Positions 38,048 to 47,839 of a stretch of DNA of 64,000 nt are shown here, one piece after another. Made by a program: the position numbers and the translations under genes. The stretch is taken from positions 2,176,001 through 2,240,000 of the forward strand of contig CAVZZO010000001.1 in the NCBI GenBank assembly GCA_963779755.1, in the 5' to 3' direction. The notes below the pieces were generated by a model. That model worked only from the letters and a program-made list of their open reading frames with translations. It was not told the origin of the DNA and made no database searches. Origin of the DNA: an uncultured Gemmatimonadales bacterium. Its GTDB lineage: Bacteria; Gemmatimonadota; Gemmatimonadetes; Gemmatimonadales; GWC2-71-9. Numbering within the stretch: the first letter of the stretch is position 1; every line of letters starts with the position of its first letter.

Positions 38048-39364
38048 CTAGTAGTTCGGCGGCAGTGTCCGATAGCGCTCCCGCAGTTCGGTCTGCCGGC
38101 TCACCAGGGGAATCTCCCGCCCCCGGATCAGGACGTGCTCCGGCGCGGTGTCGAATTCGAACGGATCGCCGCTCCAGACCACCAGGTTCGCCACCTTGCC
38201 CTTCTCCAGCGATCCATAGCCGCTGAGGCCGAAGGCCAGCGCCGGGGCCAGCGTGACGGCGCGCAGCGCATCCTCCCACGGCAGGCCGTCCCGCACGGCA
38301 TGCCCGGCGGCGAAGCGGAGATCGCGCGGCCCGCCCTCTTCGTTCTCCACCACCATGACCGGGACACCGGCCTTGCGGAGCAGCGCCGCGTTGTCCAGGC
38401 GGGCCCCGAGCCCGTCGAACGAGGGAATGTCGGTGAGCGGATAGACGGCGACCGGCACGTGCGCGGCCGCCAGCTCCGGCGCGACCTGCCACGCCTCCGT
38501 GCCGCCCAGGATGACCAGGCGGAGGCCGTATTCCCGGGCGATCCGCAGACTGTTCTCGATGTCGCTGCGCCGGTTGGCAAGCGCGTAGACCGGCAGGGAG
38601 CCCGCCAGCACCTGGCTCAGCGCTTCGAGATCGGCCGCGGGGGCGGCCAGGTCCTGCATCTGTCGCTTCCGGAAGTCCGGCTTGCGCCGCTGGTATTCGC
38701 GGGCATCATCGAACACATGCCGTAGCCGCTCCAGCACGCCGGCCCGGCTGCCGCCTCCGGCCTCCTTGCTGTTCTCGCTCAGGTCGATAACCATGGCGAC
38801 GGGCGACCGGGCCACCAGGTCCTCGATACGTTCACCGTCGAGATCGATGAACGCCGCCTGGCCGGCGATCAGCCCGCCCCTCGGCAGCGACAGCGCCGAG
38901 GTGACCCCCGCGATCCGGGCCACCGGGATCGGGACGGACGCCGGATCGATCCCTTCGGCCACATTGAAGGCCGCGTTGATGTCGCCGGTTTCCCGGGCTT
39001 CGTTGGTGCCGGGGACCGAGCCCACGTCGCGCAATCCAAGATCGCTCGCCGCATCGATGAGTCCGGGCGTCACCCACTTGCCGGTGGCGTCGATCCGGGT
39101 GGCGCCCGCCGGAATGGCGAGTCCGGTTCCTACCGCGACGATCTTCCCGTCCTGAATCAGCACCGTTCCCTGCTCGATCTTCGGCCCGGATACCGGGTAG
39201 ACCGTTCCGCCCGTGATCGCGATGGTCTGCGCCCGGAGGGGAGTTGCCACCAGGCCGAAGAGCGCGAGAGCGGCGAGTCCTGCCGCCCTGCGACCGAGCG
39301 GCCCTCCAATGGAGAGGCCGCGAAGAAGTCCTTTAGGGCCGTCCTGCCGTCTTGCCGTCCTCAT
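38048..39364 (-). CDS. Secreted amidohydrolase-family protein (metal-binding HxH replaced)
   Basis: IDATGKWVTPGLIDAASDLG, GSLEKGKVANLVVWSGDP; start overlaps the upstream stop. Confidence 0.85.
   Translation of the reverse strand: MRTARRQDGPKGLLRGLSIGGPLGRRAAGLAALALFGLVATPLRAQTIAITGGTVYPVSGPKIEQGTVLIQDGKIVAVGTGLAIPAGATRIDATGKWVTPGLIDAASDLGLRDVGSVPGTNEARETGDINAAFNVAEGIDPASVPIPVARIAGVTSALSLPRGGLIAGQAAFIDLDGERIEDLVARSPVAMVIDLSENSKEAGGGSRAGVLERLRHVFDDAREYQRRKPDFRKRQMQDLAAPAADLEALSQVLAGSLPVYALANRRSDIENSLRIAREYGLRLVILGGTEAWQVAPELAAAHVPVAVYPLTDIPSFDGLGARLDNAALLRKAGVPVMVVENEEGGPRDLRFAAGHAVRDGLPWEDALRAVTLAPALAFGLSGYGSLEKGKVANLVVWSGDPFEFDTAPEHVLIRGREIPLVSRQTELRERYRTLPPNY
39277..39360. repeat. Dispersed ~84-bp element, copy 1 (inside predicted CDS 5' end)
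   Basis: Highly similar to 44300-44388. Confidence 0.85.
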
Positions 39365-40767
39365 CGTCCCACCCCCGGTTCGGCGGTTCCCAGGTTGAAA
39401 TCGGTCTCCGGGCGGCGGGCCGGGTCCTCGCGGTCGTAGACCAGCCAGCCGTCGTTGAACACCTTGTCCGCCCGGGTGTAGATGGAGAAGGGGTCGCCCG
39501 ACCAGAGGACGACATCGGCTTCCTTGCCTGCCTCGAGCGACCCGGTGGTACTGTCGATGCCCAGCGCCCAGGCCGGGTTGATCGTAATCCAGCGGATCGC
39601 CTGCTCCCGCGTCACCGGGATGCCCGCCTGGTTCCCGGCATACATGGCCTTGGCGGCCTCCTGGTTCAGCCGCTGAATCCCGTCGGGGTCGTCGGAATGG
39701 ATGATCACGCGGGCCCCCGCCTTCTGCAGCAGTGCCGCGTTCTCCGGAATACCGTCGAATGCCTCCATCTTGAAGCCCCACCAGTCGGCCCACACCGAGC
39801 TGGCGACACCTTCCTTCGCCAGCAGATCGGCGATCTTGTACGCCTCCACCGCGTGGTGGAACGAACGGATCCTGAACCCGAACTCGTGGGAAAGATCGAT
39901 CATCTGGGCCATTTCGTCGGCCCGGTAGCAGTGGTTATGCACCAGCATGTGTCCCCGCAGCACTTCGGCCAGCGTCTCCAGCTTGAGGTCGCGGGCCGGC
40001 GGGTCGCCCTTGTGATCCGCATTCCATTCATCCCACCGCCGGCGGTATTGCTCGGCCTCGATGAACGCCGCGCGATAGCCCGCCATGTTGCCCATGCGGG
40101 TCGAGGGGCCGCCCCGATCGCCGTAGACCCGCTTGGGGTTTTCCCCGCAGGCCATCTTCAGGCCGTAGGGAGCCCCGGGATATTTCATCTCCTGGACGGT
40201 GCGGGCGGGAATGAGCCGGAGCGTCGCGGAGCGGCCGCCGATCAGGTTGGCCGAACCCGGCAGCGCCTGAATGACGGTAATGCCGCCGGCGATCGCCAGC
40301 GGGATCTGCGGATCCTGCGGCCAGAAGGAGTGTTCCGCCCAGACATTCGCCGTCACCGGGTTGGTGGCCTCGTTGCCGTCGCTCTCGGCGAAGGTTCCCG
40401 GCGCCGCGTAGACGCCGATGTGGCTGTGGTCGTCGATGATGCCGGGCGTCACCCACTTGCCGCTGCCGTCGATCACCAGGGCGCCGGCCGGCGCGGTGAG
40501 CGCCGAGTCGGCCACGGCCACCACCCGTCCGTCGGCAAAGAGAATCGAGGCCTGGTGCAGCTCGGCCCCCGCCGCGGTAAGGATGCTGGCGTCCCGGATC
40601 AGGACCGGCTGGAAGGCGTGCCGGTGGTAGGTGGACGGATACTGGGGGCGGTCGACACTGGTCGACTCGGCCGCGGCGGCCATCGCCGGGGCCGGCCCCG
40701 GTCCCGACGGCGGGGCGCAGCCGGCGACCGACGCCAGCAGGAGCAAGGACAAGAGGCTGCGTGACAT
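39361..40767 (-). CDS. Amidohydrolase-family lipoprotein
   Basis: Lipobox VAGC; PGIIDDHSHIG, LKMACGENPKR, HCYRADE, HSDD. Confidence 0.9.
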   Translation of the reverse strand: MSRSLLSLLLLASVAGCAPPSGPGPAPAMAAAAESTSVDRPQYPSTYHRHAFQPVLIRDASILTAAGAELHQASILFADGRVVAVADSALTAPAGALVIDGSGKWVTPGIIDDHSHIGVYAAPGTFAESDGNEATNPVTANVWAEHSFWPQDPQIPLAIAGGITVIQALPGSANLIGGRSATLRLIPARTVQEMKYPGAPYGLKMACGENPKRVYGDRGGPSTRMGNMAGYRAAFIEAEQYRRRWDEWNADHKGDPPARDLKLETLAEVLRGHMLVHNHCYRADEMAQMIDLSHEFGFRIRSFHHAVEAYKIADLLAKEGVASSVWADWWGFKMEAFDGIPENAALLQKAGARVIIHSDDPDGIQRLNQEAAKAMYAGNQAGIPVTREQAIRWITINPAWALGIDSTTGSLEAGKEADVVLWSGDPFSIYTRADKVFNDGWLVYDREDPARRPETDFNLGTAEPGVGR

Positions 40768-40791
40768 GGCGATCTCTGATCTGGAATGGAG

Positions 40792-41649
40792 CTAGGGGAA
40801 AAGCCGGAGACTGTTCTCCGAAGTGATCTGCCGCTCGATGGCCGCCGGCAGTTCCAGGCCACGGAATTGCCGCAGATTGGTCCCCATGTCCCGCACGCCG
40901 GGACTGGGCCAGTCGGTGCCCCAGAGCGTCTTGTGGCTGATTTCGGCCAGACGGGGAAAATAGTCCAGCAGTCTCGCCGGCGGGATGCCGGAAACTTCGA
41001 GGAACACGTTCGGATGGCGCCGCAGGATGAAGAACGCCTCCTCCATCCAGAAAGGGCGCCCGCCATGCGCCATCAGGATAGTCAGATCGGGGAAATCGAT
41101 CGCCACGTCGTCCAGCTCGAGCGGGTTGCCCCACTTGGAGCGCGCGCCGGGGAAGATGCTGGTGCCGGTGTGAATCATGACCGGCAGCCCACGGTCCTCA
41201 CAGCGGCGGTAGATGCGGCCCAGCGCGTCGAGGCCCTCGGTGTAGGCGTTCGCGGGATACAGCTGGTGGGGTGGGTGGATCTTGAGGCAGCGGATGCCCA
41301 GGTCGGCCAGCCGGTCCACGTCGCCCTCGGGGTCGGTCGTGAAGCGCGCGTGCACGCCGCCGAAGGGCAGCATCCGCTCCGGCGCCTTCGAGGCGTACTC
41401 CACCGCGAAATCATTGGTGGAGTCGTCGAATCCCATGAGGTCGGGACTGGGGTAATTGATGAGCCCCACTCGCCAGATCCCGGCCTCGTCCATCACCTGG
41501 AGCAGCAGGCGCGGATCTTCCATCAGGGCGATCAGCCGCTCCCAATGATCCTCTTTGCCTCGCCGCATTGCCGCCATCACGGCCGGCTTGAGCTGCCGCC
41601 ACGGCTGGATATGGATGTGGAGGTCGGTGACGGGCGGGATCGGTGTCAT
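40792..41649 (-). CDS. Amidohydrolase_2 family metal-dependent hydrolase
   Basis: DLHIH, LKIHP, MIHTG, MAHGG, WGTDWP. Confidence 0.9.
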   Translation of the reverse strand: MTPIPPVTDLHIHIQPWRQLKPAVMAAMRRGKEDHWERLIALMEDPRLLLQVMDEAGIWRVGLINYPSPDLMGFDDSTNDFAVEYASKAPERMLPFGGVHARFTTDPEGDVDRLADLGIRCLKIHPPHQLYPANAYTEGLDALGRIYRRCEDRGLPVMIHTGTSIFPGARSKWGNPLELDDVAIDFPDLTILMAHGGRPFWMEEAFFILRRHPNVFLEVSGIPPARLLDYFPRLAEISHKTLWGTDWPSPGVRDMGTNLRQFRGLELPAAIERQITSENSLRLFP

Positions 41650-41660
41650 GGGGTCCTTAT

Positions 41661-41755
41661 GGTAGGCGGTAAACGGTAAGCGGTAAGCGGTAAGCGGGCT
41701 CGCATCGGAAAGCCTGGGCGCGGGCCCGCTCACCGTTCACCGCTGACTGCTCACC
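41661..41755. repeat. Inverted heptamer arrays (GCGGTAA / CGYTCAC)
   Basis: gcggtaa x4 ... cgctcac cgttcac cgctgac tgctcac. Confidence 0.85.
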
Positions 41756-42545
41756 TTCCCGGGAACTCCGCTTTCCGCTTTTCCAGGAACGCCTTCACCC
41801 CTTCCGCCTTGTCCTCGCTGGCGAAGGCCACGCCGAACAGGGTGGTCTCCTGCCGCAGTCCCTCGTCCAGCGAGGTCCGCAGCGACGCGCGGACGGCCTC
41901 CTTGATGAGTTGCAGCGCCACCGGACTCTTCTCCGCGATGCTCGTCGCCAGCCTCATGACATGCTCCCGCAGTCCGGCGGCCGGCACGACTTCGTCCACC
42001 AGGCCGATACGCAGCGCCTCCGCCGCGTCGATCAGCTCGCCGGTGAAGAGCAGCCGGTAGGCTCGCCCGGGGCCCACCAGCCGGGGCAGTCGCTGGGTGC
42101 CGCCCCCGCCGGGAATGATGCCCAGGTTGACCTCCGGCTGTCCCAGCTTCGCGGTATCCGCCGCAACCCGGATATCGCAGGCCATGGCCAGCTCGCAGCC
42201 GCCGCCCAGGGTGAAGCCGTTCAGCATGGCGATGACCGGCTTGGGGAACTGTTCCACCGCGTCGAAGATGGTGGGCGCGCGCATGACCCGGAACTGATCT
42301 ACCGCGGTGCGCCCCTCGAACTCGCCGATATCGGCCCCGGCGACGAAGGCCTTCTCGCCCGCGCCGGTCAGCACTACCACCCGGACGGACTGATCGGCCC
42401 GCAGCTGGTCGAGCACCCCCAGCAGCTGGCAGCGGGTCGCGCCGTTCAGGGCGTTGCGCTTGTCGGGGCGGTTGATGGTCACCAGGGCCACCGCTCCCTG
42501 GCGTTCGGTCAGCACCAGTTCTGGCTCAGTCATGGTCAGGTCCAC
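41751..42545 (-). CDS. Enoyl-CoA hydratase (crotonase, PaaF-like)
   Basis: [38 protein letters not shown]. Confidence 0.93.
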   Translation of the reverse strand: MDLTMTEPELVLTERQGAVALVTINRPDKRNALNGATRCQLLGVLDQLRADQSVRVVVLTGAGEKAFVAGADIGEFEGRTAVDQFRVMRAPTIFDAVEQFPKPVIAMLNGFTLGGGCELAMACDIRVAADTAKLGQPEVNLGIIPGGGGTQRLPRLVGPGRAYRLLFTGELIDAAEALRIGLVDEVVPAAGLREHVMRLATSIAEKSPVALQLIKEAVRASLRTSLDEGLRQETTLFGVAFASEDKAEGVKAFLEKRKAEFPGR

Positions 42546-43396
42546 TCGTAGAAGCCGCGGCCGGTCTTCTTGCCCAGATGGCCACCGGCCACGAGGTGCC
42601 GCAGGATAGCGGGAGGCTCGTACTGCGCGCCTCCCAGGGTCTCGTGCAGGTGCTCGGCGATGCGGAGCCGCACATCCAGCCCCACCAGATCGGTCAGGCG
42701 AAGCGGCCCCATGGGGTGATTATAGCCCAACGCCATCGCCCGGTCGATGTCGGCCGCCTCGGCCACGCCCTGCTCCAGCATGCGCATGGCCTCGAGGCCG
42801 AGCACGACCCCCAGCCGGCTGGAGGCGAAGCCGGGCGAGTCCCGCACCACCACGGCTTCCTTCCCCAGGCGCGATACTACGGCGCGGGCGTCGGCCAGCG
42901 CCCCGGCCGACAGGCCGTCGTGCGTGACGATCTCGACCAGCCGCATCAGGTGCACCGGGTTGAAGAAGTGCAGGCCCAGAAACCGCTCGGGGTGGGGCAG
43001 GCCGGCGGCGAGCCGGCCGATGGACAGCGAGGAGGTGTTGGAGGCCAGCAGCGCCTCATCGGCGGCCGCCCCGGCTGCTTGGCGCAGGACATCGAGCTTG
43101 ATCTCCGCCCGCTCGATCACCGCCTCGATGACAAGGCCGGCGCCCCGGGCGGCATCCGCCACGGACGGAGCGGCGTGGATCCTGGCCTGGATGGCGGTGC
43201 GGTCGCCGGAAGACATCTTCCCCCGGGTGACCGCGCCCTCCAGGGTCCGGGCGATACGCTCCTGTGCGGCGGCTGGTGCGGCCGGATCGGCATCGGCCAA
43301 CCAGGTCTCCCACCCCGCCGTGGCGGCGGCCTGCGCAATGCCCGCGCCCATGGTTCCCGCTCCCAGCACCGCCACTCGTCCCACGTCGAACGTCAT
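42536..43396 (-). CDS. 3-hydroxyacyl-CoA dehydrogenase (PaaH/Hbd-like)
   Basis: GAGTMGAGIA, SNTSSL, GLHFFNP, PMGPLRLTDLVGLD. Confidence 0.93.
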   Translation of the reverse strand: MTFDVGRVAVLGAGTMGAGIAQAAATAGWETWLADADPAAPAAAQERIARTLEGAVTRGKMSSGDRTAIQARIHAAPSVADAARGAGLVIEAVIERAEIKLDVLRQAAGAAADEALLASNTSSLSIGRLAAGLPHPERFLGLHFFNPVHLMRLVEIVTHDGLSAGALADARAVVSRLGKEAVVVRDSPGFASSRLGVVLGLEAMRMLEQGVAEAADIDRAMALGYNHPMGPLRLTDLVGLDVRLRIAEHLHETLGGAQYEPPAILRHLVAGGHLGKKTGRGFYEWT

Positions 43397-44076
43397 GGGC
43401 CCTCCGTCAACGCCGCCCGGAGGCGGTCCGGGTGATTGCCGCAGATGCCGTCGACACCGAGAGCGGCCAGCCGCCGGGCTTCCGCCGGTGTGTTCACCGT
43501 CCAGGCGATCACCGCGGCCTCAGCGCCGTGCACCGCCTCGACCAGCGAACGGTCGATGAGCTGGAACGATTGCCAGAGCATGGTGGCGCCGGCATCCTGC
43601 AGCAGTCGCACCGGGTTCAGACAGTAGGCGCTGAGCAGGAGCCCCCGCGGCGGGCCGCCCTGCCGGGCCAGCCGGGCGATGATCCGGTGATCGAAACTGT
43701 GAACGGCGTAGCCGCCGGGATTGGGGCCCTGCGCTGCCGCCGCCAGTAGCCGGGCGTCATGCGCGGGCGCCAGGGTCTTGATCTCGATGTACACGCGCAG
43801 GCTGCCGGCGATATCCAGCACCTCCGGGAGAGTAGGAACCGTCTCGCCGTTGGGCAGGCGGAACTCCCGGATGTCGGGATAGGACAGATGCCCGATCGGT
43901 CCCAGGCCAGGCAGCTCGGCGTCGTGGTGAACCATCAGGATGCCGTCCTGGGTGGAATGCACGTCCAGCTCGACGCCGTCCGCTCCCAGTTCTACCGCGC
44001 GCCGGAAGGCGGCCCGGGAGTTCTCATACTCGGCGCCGGAGGCGCCGCGGTGGGCGATGATGAGGGGGAGCGACAT
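43393..44076 (-). CDS. Glycerophosphodiester phosphodiesterase
   Basis: IIAHRGASG, ENS, VELDVH, HHD, WTVN. Confidence 0.92.
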   Translation of the reverse strand: MSLPLIIAHRGASGAEYENSRAAFRRAVELGADGVELDVHSTQDGILMVHHDAELPGLGPIGHLSYPDIREFRLPNGETVPTLPEVLDIAGSLRVYIEIKTLAPAHDARLLAAAAQGPNPGGYAVHSFDHRIIARLARQGGPPRGLLLSAYCLNPVRLLQDAGATMLWQSFQLIDRSLVEAVHGAEAAVIAWTVNTPAEARRLAALGVDGICGNHPDRLRAALTEGP

Positions 44077-44120
44077 GAAGCGTGTAAGATAAGGCGGCAG
44101 GGCGACAGGGCGGCAGCGTG

Positions 44121-44197
44121 CTGTCACCCTGAGCGGTAGCGAAGGGGCCGAAGCCGATCGATTGGTTCCGGCCGCTTCGCTGTGCTCAGCGTGACGG
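44121..44197. repeat. REP-like palindromic element (GTCA..CTGAGC..AGCGAAG type)
   Basis: CTGTCACCCTGAGC-GGT-AGCGAAG ... CTTCGCT-GT-GCTCAG-C-GTGACGG; related half copies near 44225-44250 and 46342-46370. Confidence 0.75.
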
Positions 44198-44269
44198 CGT
44201 TCCTCGCCAAGTGCCGGTGGCAAGCCGCTTTGCGCCCTCGCAATGACAGCTATTTGAGGCTCGGCTACC

Positions 44270-44388
44270 TTGCCGTCCTGCCGTCCTGCCGTCCTGCCCG
44301 TCCTGCCGTCCTGCGACCGAGCGGCCTCCAATAGAAAGCCGAGAGGAAGTCCTTTAGGGCCGCCTTGCCGCCTTGCCGCCTTGCCGCC
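44270..44388. repeat. Octamer arrays (TGCCGTCC / TTGCCGCC) flanking copy 2 of the ~84-bp element
   Basis: Matches 39277-39360; immediately 3' of the boxB-like stop. Confidence 0.85.
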
Positions 44389-45516
44389 CTAGTTCAGCTC
44401 CAGCTTCCGCGGCTCGATCCAGCCCTCGTCCTTGCAGACGGTATGAATGAGTTCGCGGTCCTGCGTCGTGGGGGTGACGGTCGCGAGGTAATCCGCGTAG
44501 CGCTCCGGGTCCATCTCCTCGCCCTCTACGCTGTAGCTCTGCCGGGCGTGGACCCCGATCTTCCGGTTAAACTTGAGGTCGGGCACCGTGAGGTGCCGCT
44601 CCTTTTCCGGTATCGCCATGTTGAGCCGGTCGACCAGCCGGGTGATTTCCTGCCGGTAGAGCTCGCGGCTGGCCTCGTTCAGATGGGCAACGTCGGCCGG
44701 ATCGCCGCTTTCCCGTTCATTGAACCGGCCCTTGAGCCCCCAGACGTAGGCCCAGTGGGCGCTGGAGGAGTTGTCGGTGCCGAACAGGTCGAAGGCGGTC
44801 GGGACCCACTTGTTGAAGTACCGCTGCATCACCTCGGGCGGAATGCGTCCCGCCTTGACGATGCGCAGCAGCCCGTTGTTGCCGGTGCCCAGGTGGAAGC
44901 TCTCTTCCTTGAGCATGGGCCCCATGGAACAGGCCAGCGGCTGGAAGGCGGAGGTGGAGAGCATCTTGAGCTGGAACTTGCCGTCGCGGTCGATGAACTG
45001 GGTGTAGGTATAGAAGTCGAGCCAGTTCTCCACGATTTCGTTGAAGGAGCCCAGCAGTCGCTCGCCCTCTTCCGCCCGGCGCTCCAGCAGTTTGGAGGCC
45101 TCCCGGCGGCCCTCGTCGCCGAAGTGGGCGCAGAGCAGGTAGGACATCTGCCAGCCGTGCCGCATCTCCTCGCTCATCACCCGGATGAGGGCATAGAGAT
45201 CATAGTCGCTGGGAGCGTTGGTCAGCAGGTTGCGCTGCTGCTCCACCGAGGCAAATTCGGTGTCGCCCTGATAGACGATCAGGTTCAGCAGCGCGTCGCG
45301 CACCCGCTGATCGGGAATATGCATGACGCTGGGCCACTTCCGGTTGCCCTTGTAGTGCCCGAATTCGATGGCCTCGGCTTCCGGCTCCGCGAAGAGCGCG
45401 TCGAACCTGAACTGCTTCGGGGTGTACTTCTTGAACTCGTCGAGCGGGAGGCCAATGGACTCCTGCCAGTAATGGAAGTAGTCGATCCAGTCGTCGAAGT
45501 TCATCAAACGCCGCAT
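44389..45516 (-). CDS. boxB: BoxB-type di-iron aromatic acyl-CoA epoxidase subunit (short form)
   Basis: IVYQGDTEFASVEQQR, APSDYDL, EEMRHGW, RLLGSFN, DRDGKFQL, MLKEESFH (two EExxH motifs); AGGAG RBS. Confidence 0.8.
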   Translation of the reverse strand: MRRLMNFDDWIDYFHYWQESIGLPLDEFKKYTPKQFRFDALFAEPEAEAIEFGHYKGNRKWPSVMHIPDQRVRDALLNLIVYQGDTEFASVEQQRNLLTNAPSDYDLYALIRVMSEEMRHGWQMSYLLCAHFGDEGRREASKLLERRAEEGERLLGSFNEIVENWLDFYTYTQFIDRDGKFQLKMLSTSAFQPLACSMGPMLKEESFHLGTGNNGLLRIVKAGRIPPEVMQRYFNKWVPTAFDLFGTDNSSSAHWAYVWGLKGRFNERESGDPADVAHLNEASRELYRQEITRLVDRLNMAIPEKERHLTVPDLKFNRKIGVHARQSYSVEGEEMDPERYADYLATVTPTTQDRELIHTVCKDEGWIEPRKLELN

Positions 45517-45533
45517 GATGGTCTCCTGATCGT

Positions 45534-46328
45534 TCAGTGGCCCTGAAAAGCCGGTGATCGTTTGCTTTCGAAAGCGGCGAGACCCTCCGCCGCGTCGGCA
45601 CTCCTGAAACATTGTTCCTGGTTGGCAATCTCACGGGCCAACGCCTGGGCCAGGCCGTCGGTGGTGCCGGCGTAGACGGCCTCCTTGGCGAGGCGCGCCG
45701 CGATGGGCGGCAGCGCCGCCAGCTTCGCCGCCCAGGCGGCCGTCTCGCCGGGCAGCGCGGCGGCCGGAACCACGCGGTTCACCAGGCCCAGCTCGAGGCA
45801 GCGGGCGGCCGGCACGACGTCGGCCGACCAGATCAGCTCCAGCGCCCGGCTGGTGCCTGCCAGGCGGGGCAGGAACCAGGTGCCGCCCATGTCCGGGTGC
45901 AGGCCGATGCGGTGAAAGACCTGGCCGATGCCGGCGGTGTCGGCCGCGATCCGCAGATCGCAAGCCAGCGCGAGGTTGGCGCCGCCCCCGGCGGCGACCC
46001 CGTTGAGACTCGCCAGGACGGGCTTCGGCGCCTGGTGCAGAATGCTGACCAGCTCGCTGCCGGAGCGCACCAGTCCCATGGCGCCCTGCCAATCCTCATC
46101 CTTGAGTACCCGGCTCATGTACTTGACATCGGCGCCGGCGCAGAAGGCCTTCCCGGCGCCGGTCACCACGATGCAGCGCACCGCGTCGTCGGTGGCCAGC
46201 TCGCCAGCCGCCTCCACCAGCTCGTGCCGCATGACGTCGTCGAACGCATTCATGCGATCGGGGCGGTTCAGCAGGAGCGTGCCGATGCCCTTCTCCACGG
46301 TGGTCGCTACGTATTGCCAGGCTCCCAT
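45534..46328 (-). CDS. Enoyl-CoA hydratase/isomerase (PaaG-like)
   Basis: NGVAAGGGANLALACD, FHRIGLHPDMGGTWFLPRL (Asp in place of the second Glu, as in PaaG). Confidence 0.85.
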   Translation of the reverse strand: MGAWQYVATTVEKGIGTLLLNRPDRMNAFDDVMRHELVEAAGELATDDAVRCIVVTGAGKAFCAGADVKYMSRVLKDEDWQGAMGLVRSGSELVSILHQAPKPVLASLNGVAAGGGANLALACDLRIAADTAGIGQVFHRIGLHPDMGGTWFLPRLAGTSRALELIWSADVVPAARCLELGLVNRVVPAAALPGETAAWAAKLAALPPIAARLAKEAVYAGTTDGLAQALAREIANQEQCFRSADAAEGLAAFESKRSPAFQGH

Positions 46329-46500
46329 AGGCCCTCGTCGTTGTCATTCCGAGCACAGCGCGGAAATCTTTCGGCCGCGCTTGCCCTCGCCGAGCCTCCC
46401 TCCGCGCGCCGAAGTGCGCCACAAGGAAAACGCGACGCATCTTCCGAGGGCACATACGCGCGCTGCGGGGGGCACCGGCTTCGGGCCCGCGCTAGCTTCG

Positions 46501-46608
46501 CTTCCCGCCTTCCCCGCCTTCCCGCCTTCCCGCCTTCCCGCCTTCCCGCCCTTCCTTCACTCCCCCACTCCCCGACTCCTCACTCCTCAATCCTCAATCC
46601 TCAATCCT
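46501..46608. repeat. Octamer (CTTCCCGC) and heptamer (CCTCAAT/CCYCACT) tandem arrays
   Basis: About 6 octamers then about 6 heptamers; the last units encode the thiolase C-terminus RIED*. Confidence 0.85.
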
Positions 46609-47799
46609 TTCCACGATCATCGCGATCCCTTGCCCCACGCCGATGCACATCGTGGCCAGCCCATAGCGTCCGCCGGTGCGGCGCAGGGCGTGGACCAGGG
46701 TGGTGAGGATCTTCGCCCCCGAGGCGCCCAGCGGGTGCCCCAGGGCGATCGCCCCGCCGTAGATGTTGACCCGCTCGGGGTCGAGCCCCAGCTCCCGGAT
46801 ACAGGCGATGCTCTGCGCGGCGAAGGCTTCGTTCAACTCGACCAGGTCGATCTGATCGAGCGTGAGGCCGGCGCGCGCCAGCGCCTTCCGCGTCGCCGGG
46901 ATCGGTCCCAGCCCCATGCAACTCGGGTCCACGCCCGCCACCGCTGTGGTCACCACCCGCGCCAGCGGGGTCACGCCGTACTCCGGGGCCCGGGCGGCGG
47001 CCACGACGGCCAGCGCCGCGGCGCCGTCGTTGATGCCGCTGGCGTTGCCGGCGGTCACGGTCCCCTCCGCCTCGAAGGCCGCCCGGAGCCGCCCCAGGCC
47101 CTCCGGCGTGATCCCCTCGCGGGGGTGCTCGTCGCGCGCGAACGTACGGATCTGGCCTTTCAGCGGCGGCAGCTGCACCGGCACCAGCTCATCGCCGAAG
47201 ACGCAGTCGGCCAGGGCCTGCTGCGCCCGCCGCTGGCTTTCCGCCGCAAAGGCGTCCTGCTCTTCCCGGCTGATGCCGTACTGTCGCGCTACCTTCTCTG
47301 CCGTGCTGCCCAGGGAGATGGTGTACTCCTTCGGCATCCGCGGGTTCACGAACCGCCAGCCGACCGTTGTATCGGCGGTCTCCGGTGCGTGCCGGTCCCA
47401 GGCGGTGCCGCTCTTGCGCATCACGTAGGGGGCGCGGGTCATGCTCTCGACCCCGCCGGCGACGAAGACCTCGCCCTCGCCCGCCCGGATCGCCTGCGAC
47501 GCCGAGGCCACGGCCTGCAGCCCGGAGCCGCAGAGCCGGTTGACGGTCTGCCCCGGCACTTCAATGGGAAGCCCGGCGAGCAGGGCGGCCATTCGCGCCA
47601 CATTGCGGTTGTCTTCGCCCGCCTGGTTGGCGCAGCCCAGGATCACATCGTCGATAGCGGCAGGATCGAGATTCGCGCGCCCCACGACCGATTTGATGAT
47701 CCCGGCCGCCAGGTCGTCCGGCCGCACCTCGGCCAATCCGCCGCCCGCGCGCCCTACCGGCGTCCGCAACGCCGCGGTAATGAACGGCTCGGGCCTCAT
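46594..47799 (-). CDS. Acetyl-CoA C-acyltransferase (PaaJ/PcaF-like thiolase)
   Basis: [45 protein letters not shown]. Confidence 0.93.
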   Translation of the reverse strand: MRPEPFITAALRTPVGRAGGGLAEVRPDDLAAGIIKSVVGRANLDPAAIDDVILGCANQAGEDNRNVARMAALLAGLPIEVPGQTVNRLCGSGLQAVASASQAIRAGEGEVFVAGGVESMTRAPYVMRKSGTAWDRHAPETADTTVGWRFVNPRMPKEYTISLGSTAEKVARQYGISREEQDAFAAESQRRAQQALADCVFGDELVPVQLPPLKGQIRTFARDEHPREGITPEGLGRLRAAFEAEGTVTAGNASGINDGAAALAVVAAARAPEYGVTPLARVVTTAVAGVDPSCMGLGPIPATRKALARAGLTLDQIDLVELNEAFAAQSIACIRELGLDPERVNIYGGAIALGHPLGASGAKILTTLVHALRRTGGRYGLATMCIGVGQGIAMIVERIED

Positions 47800-47839
47800 C
47801 GGACGGTCCCCTGAATCCTGGTCCCTGATTCCTGATTCC

